From Neolecta irregularis DAH-3 (Eukaryota), in assembly GCA_001929475.1 (NCBI GenBank), contig LXFE01000976.1, positions 51,120-71,119 on the forward strand: 20,000 nucleotides of DNA, read 5' to 3'. Positions within the stretch are counted from its first letter, which is position 1. Each line of letters opens with the position of its first letter. Below are positions 1 through 10,246 of the stretch, in pieces. Below the pieces are notes generated by a model. It had not been told where the DNA came from. It saw only the letters and a list, made by a program, of their open reading frames with translations, and made no database searches. The position numbers were made by a program, and so were the translations under genes.

Positions 1-1639
1 TTGACAACATCGGTGCCAGGTCGGGTAACAGGTGCCTTAAGCCAATAACTCAGGACAGAGAGAACGCTATAGAATGGTTTCCATTCTGTCTCCCCCTTAC
101 TTCTGTATTGCACTCGACTGAAGAGTTCGGCAACGACGACTAAGTCGATGATCAATGGACTGGCGAGGAGCGAATCTTCGCAGACTGTATGCATGGAGAT
201 GGTCTAGTGATCAGAGGTAAACCAAAAGTAATGTACGTTTCGACCGCCCATCATCAGTTCGGAATGGTATTCATCCATAGCCACTTTGCTGTCTCCGACG
301 GCAGGAACGTATTTTATTACGATACAGTGATCAACGTTCTTTCCAACCTTGTCATTGAAAAGGATTTGGTTAGATGAAATAACATCATCAACGACGGAAG
401 CTTTTGAGATCTCTTTGCTTCGAAATTGTTGGGGAGCCGAGAGATTCTTTCCATCGTTGTTTCCGAGATGGTTGTAACTGACGATACTCAATGGTCGAAT
501 ACCAGCATCAACAAGAAATTGAGCGAGTACAGACTTGATTTTGGTTTGACCAGATTTGAAGTCTGGAGTTAGCATGAAATCAAGGTAGAGGAAAGCACCA
601 TCACCGCCGATGAAAGACCTTTTTTGTTCGGCGAGCTCGATACAGCCGGGAACGAGGGTGTTTTGCGGAGCACCGTTGATGAACGGAACACCTTCAAGGA
701 TACAAGCTAGCGCAAAGATCGTTGAGGGTGCAATTTCGGCGTGACTACTCTTGACAGCTTCGAGTAAGTTATCGGCGGTATCATTAACTCCTGGAATGAC
801 ATCGGCGTATCTCTCAGTGTTTGCAGTCCAAATGACGACGACTCGCTCAAGGCGATTCTTTTGTTTGAAATCTCGAATATCTTTTCGGATATGTTCGAGA
901 TGCGCAGATTTGTCATTTCCAGGGATTAGATTATCTGCTCGATCAGACTGGTTCGCAGCGATGAAGTCCGGATAATAGATACTGGGCAAGGGTTTAATTT
1001 GAGAAAGCTCCTTAGACACCTGTCGCTGAAGGTCGTATTCTAGGACCTTAGCTCGGGACATAGCGTTTGCCAAGTTGGCCGAGTTCTGAAGTCAGCAGTG
1101 ACAACCAATCCCAGTATACAATATCCCATCCGCCGATGACGAGGTCATTTGGATGGACCATTGGGACAATTTGAGAAAAGGGGACGTACACATCTTTCCC
1201 TTGTGCATCGATACCAAGTTTGAGAGTGGAAGATTGAGTAACGCTCCCATAGTAGTTGCTCTCTTGTAGGCCATTCTTTGTTTGAAAGGTTGTCTTGCTT
1301 CGATTGGCAACGATAGTAGCAGTGAGAGTGGAACCATTATTTCCGCCGAGACCGATCATCATCAAGCTGAGAATCAACGAGGATATCAATGGTATCCACA
1401 TACCCCGTTCGCCGGACATGAGTCTCGGTCTTGAATTCGAATGCAGATTTGGTGGGTCGAACAATCAATCTGTCGTTACTCTGAATGACATGGGCGTTTT
1501 CGTAGACATATTCGGACAAGATCTGATTAGCTTCATATTTGACATTTGGAGCATCAACAAAAACGGAAGGATCACGGGCTGCAGAACCATTGGAACTCGC
1601 GCCAATGGAAAGGTCTTGGGGAATAGCATGTGGTGCCAT
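1..1639 (-). CDS. INO1: Myo-inositol-1-phosphate synthase, 3' end beyond the window edge
   Basis: Conserved MIPS motifs [62 protein letters not shown] at 1639. Introns 1367-1403 (37 nt), 1086-1119 (34), 563-598 (36, in-frame) and 204-236 (33) restore a continuous protein. Confidence 0.97.
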
Positions 1640-1681
1640 AGTGAGGGTTGAGATTATATAGGTTTTCGATGTGGTAAAAAC

Positions 1682-1768
1682 TTATTTGGCAGCTCTCGGA
1701 TTAGCAGAGCAGCCACGGCGAGAAGAGCGGAAAGGGTGATGGGGCGAGTTCAAGAGATTTGAAAACAG
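1682..1768 (-). other. Candidate CUG-initiated upstream ORF (28 aa) in the INO1 leader
   Basis: TTCAAA-CTG start with A at -3; reads (M)FSNLLNSPHHPFRSSRRGCSANPRAAK*; stop lies 42 nt upstream of the INO1 ATG; no AUG between the TATA box and the INO1 ATG. Confidence 0.5.
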
Positions 1769-1855
1769 TTTGAATGAGCGCTGGGGCCGGACTACAAGAG
1801 TGGATGGAGTGCTGATGAGGGTAGGTGAGGAACAAAAGAAGTCGGGCAATGAGGG

Positions 1856-1929
1856 TTTTATAGTCTCGGATAGGCGCGAGCCAATAAAACACGACAGATT
1901 TACGGAGCATGTACTAGCAATTGACGTCA
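1856..1929 (-). promoter_or_regulatory. INO1 core promoter elements: TATAAAA (1856-1862), CCAAT (1881-1885, + strand), ATF/CRE palindrome TGACGTCA (1922-1929)
   Basis: Exact motif matches in the expected order upstream of a pyrimidine-rich leader. Confidence 0.55.
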
Positions 1930-2878
1930 GCAGGCATATTAGGGGATGCGCAGCATATAGCATATATTCAGCATATAGGTGGACACTGCCACTGAACTGA
2001 AATAATATGGGAGCAGTATATATGCACGGCATTATCCAACCAGCAGGCAGCGAGCAAGCACTCGCCTCACAATGTTTGAATACCTCTAGTGCTATCGAAT
2101 TCATCTATTAGTACTCTTAGATTGTCTGCAATCATTCCATTCACGGTCTAGCGCTCATTATCCTCGCCTCACCCATTGCACTCGCCTATTTAAGTACTGC
2201 CTGGTACTAATTGTACTCTTCTATTGAGTAATTAATACTACCTAGCACCAACTATACCCCCCTGGCGAGTGTATCCAGCAACATTGTATTCAACTCGTTA
2301 GTACTGTCAGCACTCATTGCACTTGCTTGTCAAATGTTGTCTAGCATCAATTATACTCATCTGTTTAAAATTGTCCAGTAATTCAACATTGCACAAAGCA
2401 ACTCCTTGGTTTTTCTTTTGTGCCAGCTGCCTCATTGGGCAGCTATGCGACTTTGTCTCTGATCACTCCCACCAACTTACTCAGCTTCTTTTGCATTCTA
2501 TGCCCACCGTGTCCTCGACGGTCTCGCTGATTTTTTGTCTGCATTTTCTGCCTCCTACTCTTACTCTTCGCGCTAATCACCATCGATCGCCACTTAGCTA
2601 AAGGTCTGGGACCAAACAGCTAATCATCCTCATATTACCCCTTTTTCTCCGCCAATTCCTTGTTATTGCGCTATTTCCTCCCTTCTTGCCCTTTCTTCGT
2701 TCATTGCATTCCTTCTCTCATCCTGGGGATTGTCCGATTCTCCGTCGGTCAATTAAACTTGTCGCCTCGCCATCCTTGTGTTCCCTCGGCTATCTCGGTC
2801 CCCTCACTGTCCTCCCCGTGCTCGGTCCTTTCGTTTTGCGATCCCTACATTCCTTCCGCTCGTGCAATAAATTTGTCC

Positions 2879-4907
2879 ATGATGGCCCTAGATAATTCCT
2901 CCAGAGTCAGTCATATCCTGCCCATTGTCACCTGCAGTTCTTGTGCCGCCGAGGTCGAACTCTCTATGATGGGGGATCATGTCTGCACACCTTGTGATTC
3001 GCCTCTCTTAATCTAGCTAATGTTGATAGTGCCTCCTATTCACGTTTCAGGAAATGCACTACCCGGTCACCAACATCAACGCCCAACCATTCGTAACCCT
3101 TCTTTCTGTACGCCTTTTCCTTTGTCCTCTTTTTCTGACTTTCTAGCTTCTTATGATTCAAACCATCCATCTAATGCTCGTACTCCTAACACTCCGCCTA
3201 ACGAACGATTTCCTTATCAATATCATCAGCAACCGGTGGCCCCAATGCAAAATTCACACTATCCTAACTTACGAAAAGAGAATAGTCAGACCTCTAATTA
3301 TAATACTAATGACCAACAGCTTGGAACGGGTCGCTTTTCAAGTGCATCTTCGACCAGCAGTATTCTTAAACAGGATCCGCGATTTCCTGCACCACAACGT
3401 TCGATACACGACTTGCTTCAACGACAACTTCCTGGAGATAAGTGGGAGCTCGCTCCACCGAACGAATACGATCGTCTGACTGGAGATAGTGACGACGATG
3501 ACATCCATCCTGGTGCCCGAAAACACCCTCGATCTCACAAAGTTCGAGGTTCACCTGCTCCACCAGTCTTTATCGAGAATGGCGTCAGAGACGATCCCTA
3601 TAGTTCTCTTCGTTCGCAAGAAGCCCCTGCCCGTCCCAGGACGGGAGATCAACATATCCGTCCAATGCATTCTCAGACCCAGCGAGGATTCCCAATACAA
3701 TGGGCCCGAGGGCCTCAGAATTACCGTGATCCGCCTCTGCAAGAAAATGGCAGACCACCGCCTCAAGCATATTCTAACAAACCTCATCAACAACGACCAA
3801 TGACTTCGGATCGCAGATATGATTCCCCTCAACCACATGACATACTACCAAATGGGCAGAACCGCGAATCAAACAGCTCCGCGATGTCATACCGGTCAGA
3901 GGGCGTAAGAGCACCACGACATCCCTCCCTACACGAATCAGCGCCCAGAACAGCCTGTGGCTACCACGAAAGTCGACCAGGCTATCAGAATGATGCTAGC
4001 GACCGTCATCTAATGAATTGGGCTCGTCGTGATGAAGCAGCTCGAGGGCAAGCCTCTTCCACATCCAGCAAACGAACCGCAAGAACACCGCCTCAGCATC
4101 GACGTTTTCCTTCACGGCCCCCCCATGAATATCATTTTGAGAAGAAGTATAGTCGCGGATCCAGTGTTACTTCTGGTAGCGGATCTATGGCTAGCGATTA
4201 TCTGGCGAATTCGAGTGCTGCTTCAAGTAGGCTACCTCACCAACTCATACTGATTATATAGGTCCCCCCATATCCAATATTTCATCAACTGCTCCACGCA
4301 CAAAATTGCAACAGCCTCCTATCGATCGGGGCTTTAATAACATCCTCCAAGACATTGAATCCCAAATGGCACAACTGCAACCTTCTCCGTTCAGTCCCGA
4401 CCAAACCTCCATTTCAACCCACAAGAGAGGAACAGACACTCATTGTAGAGCATGTGGAAAAGCCGTGCAAGGAAAGGGCTTGACCTCATCAGATGGGAAG
4501 CTCTCTGGAAAATATCATAAAGAATGTTTCCGCTGTCTAGCCTGCCACGCTTCTTTCCCTAACTTCGAATTCTATATTTATAAAGATAACCCATACTGTT
4601 CATTCGATTACCACAAACTCAATGGTTCCATATGTCTGACCTGTGGCCAGGGTATCGAAGGGACCTGTCTACAAATCGAAGGCGGTGAAAGACATCACCC
4701 TATTTGTTTCACTTGTTCCGTATCCCCCCATCTTATTCGTGGATGAAAAGTTGACTGTCTTAGGAATGCGGGTCCACACTTGATCAGGACTATTTTGACA
4801 TAAGCGGACGACCTTATTGTGAACGACATGCAATGCGTTTGGCAAAAATGGATATTAAATCAAACCTCCACATGGAACGGAGAAGAACCAGAATAATGAT
4901 GATGTAA
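2879..4907 (+). CDS. Fungal LIM-domain (paxillin-like) protein: N-terminal CxxC...HxC motif, long low-complexity middle, two C-terminal LIM domains
   Basis: N-terminal CSSCAAEVELSMMGDHVC; LIM1 CRACGK...HKECFRCLAC...YCSFDYH; LIM2 CLTCGQ...HPICFTCSEC...YCERH; ends ERRRTRIMMM*. Introns 2994-3029, 3108-3146 (in-frame), 4227-4261, 4720-4763. Confidence 0.88.
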
Positions 4908-5163
4908 CCCTCCCACATCATTTTTGTCATTCTTTGATGTTGTATTTGATTTCGCCATACTTGCCCCTTCTTTCTTTTCATTTCTGGGGAAGGATAGTTT
5001 GGTTTGGCATGTACATTTGTTTTTTTTCTTCTTTTTTATGTTGTGCCATTTGAGGGTATCGGGCTTTTAATTAGGCTTCCTTCATCGTTTGATATTTAAA
5101 GAAATAAGAGAAAATTGTTTGATATCATCACATTCTATATTATACATCCCATATGCTATAGCT

Positions 5164-6960
5164 CTAAAACTTAATTTTGGTTGCTTTTACGGTGTCGTCG
5201 ATATCCTTAAAATGCGCTCCATACGCTGAATGTTCCTTCTTCTTGACGTGGGTACCGAATTTCGTCAGTTCTTCAGGGACCTGGATGGGTAAGTCATAGC
5301 CAACATAAAATAAAGGTACATGTTGCCCGGCTCGTTTCAAGACGTTTACGAGATTCCCAGAATGGCCTTTATCTTGTGAAGTGAACAAGGTAATGGCCCT
5401 TCCCTTCGCCCCTGCTCTACCTGTCCGACCGATTCGGTGCACATAATCTTCAATGGTCAGTGGGAACGTCAAGTTTATGACAATTTCGACTTTGGGGATA
5501 TCGAGACCTCGAGCAGCGACATCTGTTGCAATCAATAGGGGTGTTTTTCCGCTTTTAAAATCTTCAAGCGTTTGCGTTCGTTGAGCCTGGGATAAATCTC
5601 CGTGAATAGCCTTTGCATTGAACCCTTTTCTCTGGAGATTCATTTCGACTCGGCTTGCTTCTTTCTTGTACAATGCAAAGACAATGATTCGATCGTCTTT
5701 TCTCGTCCCGGATTGATGTTCTTTGAGCAATTGATATAACCGATGTTCTTTATCTCGTGGATCTTCAATGACTTCAACTATCTGAGTAACGTTTTGCGAA
5801 GCTGCCAAATCGTCGCTGCCAATTGTAATTTTCACGGGATCAACCATAAATTCATCAGCTAATCTGCGAATACTTTCAGGCCATGTAGCACTCGTCATCA
5901 CCGTCTGTCGTTTTTCTCGGCTAGGACAATTTCGAATGATACGCTTGATTTCTACTTCGAATCCCGTATCCAACATTCGATCCGCCTCGTCAAGGATGAG
6001 GAAACTGATTTTACTCATATCCGCTGCTCCTTCTTCGATGAGATCGTTGATTCGACCTGGTGTACCCACGATGATATTCGCTTTTAACAAGTTCCTGCGT
6101 TGAGCGTCTTTCGCGACTCCGCCGTAAAGACAAACACTACGAACGCCTACTTTTTCTCCAAGTTGAGTGAGAGCTTCGTGAGTCTGCATAGCGAGCTCCC
6201 TCGTCGGTGAAAGTACAAGGACACTGACGCCTTCTAATTCGTTGAGGAGAATATGGTTAATTGCAGGGAGACCGAAAGCCATTGTCTTTCCGGATCCTGT
6301 CTCGGCGATTCCAACGAGATCGGTTCCTGAGAGGAGATATGGCCACGATGCAGACTGAATGGGTGTAGGTTTTTTGTAGTTTGACAGACCAGCTGATAGT
6401 AATGGAGCTACAGAGAGATGCTCAAAAGAAAGAATAGGTGTGAGTTCAGATTTCGCAGCGACTTGGATTATGTGCTTCTTGAAAAATTCGTCAATCTCGA
6501 GGTTTGATACACTAGCAAGAGAGGACTGTTGAATGTAACTGGAAGAAATTCGTGTGCTTGATACTACTGTCGTAGAAGTCTTTCTCTCCTGTGGATCAGA
6601 CATTTCTTTAGCCTCTTGGGCTGCTTCCGAAGCTTTCCTTGCAGCTTTTAACTGAGCTCTTTCCTCGTAGATTTCCTTCATTCGAGGACCACCATTATTC
6701 AATTCTTCTTCGAAATTTTTTTTCGCAGCCTTCTTTGCATCTCTCTCTGCTTTCTTTGCAGCTTTGGTTGCTTTTTTTTCTTCTTTACTTACCCCGTTGG
6801 CTGCATCCGATGTGATCTTAAATTTTGCTTTCAATGCATTTTTCTCTGCCTTACGTTCGCTTTTCGTAGTCATATCTTCGTGTTCGACCTTTGTTTTCTT
6901 GCGTGTCCCATCCGTTGAACGGACTTTCCGTTTTTTGGACGTGGCTTCACTTGTTGTCAT
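5164..6960 (-). CDS. DBP3: DEAD-box RNA helicase, 60S biogenesis (Dbp3-like)
   Basis: Motifs PTPIQ, AETGSGKT, PTRELA, TPGR, DEAD, SAT, ARGLD, HRIGRTGRAG; K/E-rich N-terminus; Dbp3-type tail KFGTHVKKKEHSAYGAHFKD. One in-frame 39-nt intron at 5281-5319, which the ORF track reads through. Confidence 0.93.
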   Translation of the reverse strand: MTTSEATSKKRKVRSTDGTRKKTKVEHEDMTTKSERKAEKNALKAKFKITSDAANGVSKEEKKATKAAKKAERDAKKAAKKNFEEELNNGGPRMKEIYEERAQLKAARKASEAAQEAKEMSDPQERKTSTTVVSSTRISSSYIQQSSLASVSNLEIDEFFKKHIIQVAAKSELTPILSFEHLSVAPLLSAGLSNYKKPTPIQSASWPYLLSGTDLVGIAETGSGKTMAFGLPAINHILLNELEGVSVLVLSPTRELAMQTHEALTQLGEKVGVRSVCLYGGVAKDAQRRNLLKANIIVGTPGRINDLIEEGAADMSKISFLILDEADRMLDTGFEVEIKRIIRNCPSREKRQTVMTSATWPESIRRLADEFMVDPVKITIGSDDLAASQNVTQIVEVIEDPRDKEHRLYQLLKEHQSGTRKDDRIIVFALYKKEASRVEMNLQRKGFNAKAIHGDLSQAQRTQTLEDFKSGKTPLLIATDVAARGLDIPKVEIVINLTFPLTIEDYVHRIGRTGRAGAKGRAITLFTSQDKGHSGNLVNVLKRAGQHVPLFYVGYDLPIQVPEELTKFGTHVKKKEHSAYGAHFKDIDDTVKATKIKF

Positions 6961-7157
6961 TTACGGTGGTTCGTCCGATAAGGAAAAATTTCCAGAATTC
7001 CACAAATAGCAGACCCGAATTCTGTCAAATAAAATTCAATCATCACTACAGCTATTGCGCTTGCCAATAGTCTCTTGTAAAATTATATAGAAAATATCGC
7101 TTTAACCCCGAAAAAACAACTTCATAGACACAAAATATCCAGTTTTTGATGGACCCT

Positions 7158-8577
7158 CTATGAATCTACTTTCACGACAGCTGACTGTGGCACGGCGGTA
7201 TTCGAGATCATCAAATACAATAAATCCGGTGTTGTATCGCCGTACTTGCTCTGCCCTTTCAAAAAGAGTTCTTCATTGCCATCTTCATCGACATCTGTTA
7301 TCGGCTTTTCGGACAATTTGCGGTTGGTTACAAATATGGCATCATTCACTCCTTCCAGTTTCTTCGTGATAGATGGGGGAACATTAGGAATTTTTGACGG
7401 AGGCGGTTTTTTTCGAATGACTTCTTCAGTGATTCCAAATCCTTCGTCTCCAGGCCGTCGCAAGACGAAATATTCGTCCACCCAATCATAGATATCTTGA
7501 ATTGTCTTTCGCGTACTAATGTGCGATTTTTCTTCTTGTTAGTGTTTGTTTTCAGGGCACTCTGCCACCTCTCTTGAGAATCATCTTGTCCATCATACTC
7601 ATAAGATGAAACTTGAGTTCGCCAAGACTTGCATTATTGGCTTTGGAAAAGTTTATGTAGTGTTCAACGGCGCTCCATGGCGGATTCTTGTAACCAGCAT
7701 ATAACGCAGGATTATCGAGAAGCGCTCGCGCTGACATTACGCCTAGGGTCGGCACTTCTTGTGAGGAGTATTATACCATCACAACCAGTATACTTGGCTA
7801 TTCTCAATGCATCTTCGAGCGAGTCGACATCCCCATTAGCAACCACTGGGATCGAGACACTTTCTTTAACAATCTTGATAGCATCGAGATCAACCGGAAC
7901 AGATGACCGTGTATTTTTCGTTCTTCCATGGACAGTAATGTAATCAGTTCCAGCGGCTTCTAGTTGTTTAACAAATTCAACCGTAAGTCTACAGCATCAG
8001 TTCAAAGATCGCAAACTGCCATGCTTCAAATCGCTATGCACTCGAATCTTGACACTCATGCACATTCCAGGAACAGCCTTTTTGACTTCTTTGACCATAT
8101 CACAAACGAACTGGGGTTCGCTCATCAAGTGCGCACCGACACCACTCTGACAAGCCCAGCTCTGAGGACATCCACAGTTTAAATCGATACCGTCAACAAA
8201 CTCCTTGATTCGAAGGGCTGATTTTGCGAGTTTGACGGGATCGTTTGTGGCAAACTGGGCAATTACCGGTCGATCTGCTGCGTTTGTTGTGAATTCTTCA
8301 AATGGCGGACGGACCAGATATCCATCGCAGACCATCATTGGCGTGTAGGTTATATCGGTAGCAAAATTCGATACTAGATTTCGAAACTGTCTATTTAGAT
8401 AAATAAAAAGGTCGTTCATACCGCCAGCTTCGAATACCGCACCATTGGAGCTGCAAAAAACGCAGGTCTACCTTCATTTCGTGCTTTTTCAAATATCTTT
8501 AATGGATGGTGGTCGGGATTTCGTGGTGGACATTCCGGTTGTAAATATTCATGGTCTTCTAATTCTGCTCGAGTCAT
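7158..8577 (-). CDS. DUS4: tRNA-dihydrouridine synthase, Dus4-like
   Basis: APMVRYSKLAFR, GIDLNCGCP, VKIR, ITVHGRT, ANGD, GVMSARALLDNPALYAGY. Introns 8387-8421, 7989-8024 (GC-AG), 7743-7776, and 7532 or 7535 to 7568 (AAG acceptor). The C-terminal tail and the stop at 7158 are less certain. Confidence 0.88.
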
Positions 8578-8647
8578 GATAGTTGGAGTCACAGAAAACT
8601 TTTTCGACTGACTACCAAACTTTATTTTCGCAGATCTGAGTAGTAGC
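8578..8647. promoter_or_regulatory. 70-bp bidirectional promoter region between DUS4 and KTI12
   Basis: Divergent ATGs at 8577 (-) and 8648 (+); contains GAGTCACA (8586-8593) and GAAAACTTTTTCGA (8594-8607). Confidence 0.6.
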
Positions 8648-9683
8648 ATGCCACTCTTGGTGGTTACTGGATATCCATCCTCAGGGAAAACAACGCGGGC
8701 AGAACAGATTAGAGAGGATCTAGTAAGACGGATTGTGGGATCGAAGGAGGATAGAGAGAGGAAGTTGAAAGTTCATATTGTTAACGATGATATCCTCAAA
8801 ATTCCAAAGGACGTTTATAGAAGTATTGTTTACCTGACGATTAAGCTAATGGACCTTTGCAGAAGCGAAGCTTGAGAAAGCCGCGAGAGGGTCTCTGATG
8901 TCATCAACTGGTCGATTACTTACAAAAGACGACATCGTTATATGTGATGGATTGAACTATATAAAAGGCTTTCGATATCAATTGTACTGCGAGTCAAAAG
9001 CCCTCGAAACACCTCATTGCGTAGTAAGTCAATAGTTGCTCTTGAGCTTTACTTATCTCAAGGTCCATGTTGGAGTACCAAAAGAAGTATGTGAAGAGTG
9101 GAACAGGTCAAGAGGAGACGAAGGCTACCCCGAAGACATGCATGTCCAGAACCGAAAACAAGGACTTATCTGGTAGATTCAATGAATTGTTAATGCGGTA
9201 CGAAGAACCTAATTCAGCAGTACGGTGGGATTCACCATTGTTCACTGTCTTACACATCGACGATCACCCGCCGTACGATGCTTTATGGGATGCATTAGTA
9301 CACGCTAAAGTCAAACCTCAGAATGCAGCTACTGTTCTAGTATGTCAATTATTGCTGAAACATTCCTGACAGAATCGAAACCTGCTGCTGCAACAGATTA
9401 CTTGTACGAACTCGACAAAACGTCTCAGGAAATTGTAGATCTAATTATAGAACGACAAGCCATCAATGCTGGTGGGGAAGTTTTGGTGGAGGGTATGGTA
9501 AGAATCCTCAGTTTTAAAAATAGTTAATTGGTATAGATATTACAGCTGCCTGCGCGTAACATTCCTCTGCCCCAACTACAGCGTTATCGTCGTCAGTTCA
9601 TATCTTTAAACCGTATGCATTCGTTTGAGAAGAAGAGAATTAAGGAATTATTTGTAAATTTTCTAAATACCCAGTTTGAGTAA
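8648..9683 (+). CDS. KTI12: Elongator-associated ATPase Kti12 (PSTK-like)
   Basis: MPLLVVTGYPSSGKTTRA P-loop, NYIKGFRYQLYCE, RYEEPNSAVRWDSPLF, YLYELDK, LPQLQRYRRQFI. Introns 8823-8862, 9024-9062, 9140-9176 (GC-AG), 9340-9377 (GT-CG as sequenced), 9498-9536. Confidence 0.93.
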
Positions 9684-9704
9684 ATTCTTTATAATTTTAC
9701 ACGT

Positions 9705-10246
9705 TTACATGTGAGTAATGTTGAAAACCTGCGCATAAATATAGTCAAACCTCCTGAATGTGGTCTTTGAATGAATGCCTTTTCCCACGATTCTACAATA
9801 TCAACACATCAACACAAGATCGTACATATGCAAATGATCGTCTCCTCTTGATTTGCATAGCTGCACTCTTTCCTCAACTTTTGCTTTTGCTTTCTCCACG
9901 TAAAGACCGTGAAGATCAATTTCTTCCCACTGACTATATTCGTTGTTGTGTCGAAATACATAATCTGCTGCTTGTTGATTCAAGCTTCCCATCTTTCGCC
10001 CATGTGCTTTTCCCTGTTCGCTCAGTTCATGAGCCCGCGCTCTGTCTCCATTTCTATATGCCACTTGCGATTGGGAAAAACATTGACTTCGTAAATCACC
10101 TTCTTTATGCGCGAGGTCTCGGATTCGTTTATACTGAATATTATAGACGTCTAAAGCTAATCGCGCAATTCGGCATCATCGGTATGATCTTGAAAATCGG
10201 GCGACGCCAGTCGGTGTGGTAGAGATTGAGGCTGTGAATGTTGCAT
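9705..10246 (-). CDS. Small DUF1771 + Smr-domain protein, possibly degenerate or truncated
   Basis: YKRIRDLAHKE...SQVAYRNGDRARAHELSEQGK (DUF1771-like), EIDLHGLYVEKA and HIIVGKGIHS (Smr). Intron 9793-9825 is canonical; the first intron ends at 10134 but lacks an in-phase GT donor; the sequence after GKGIHS does not resemble the usual Smr end. Confidence 0.7.

Noticed and set aside
1692-1727. GCTAAT followed by GAG in the INO1 leader as an intron 3' end
   Set aside because: It would need a GCTCTT donor and a GAG acceptor, neither seen in the 50 supported introns; not excluded without RNA data.
1682-2104. 140-aa minus-strand ORF upstream of INO1 as an independent gene
   Set aside because: Its ATG lies upstream of the INO1 TATA, CCAAT and CRE elements and the N-terminal part has no recognisable features; only the last 28 codons are kept as a uORF candidate.
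6700-6860. Repetitive minus-strand AAG/GCA-rich sequence in DBP3
   Set aside because: Ordinary K/E/A-rich low-complexity N-terminus of Dbp3, not a DNA repeat element.
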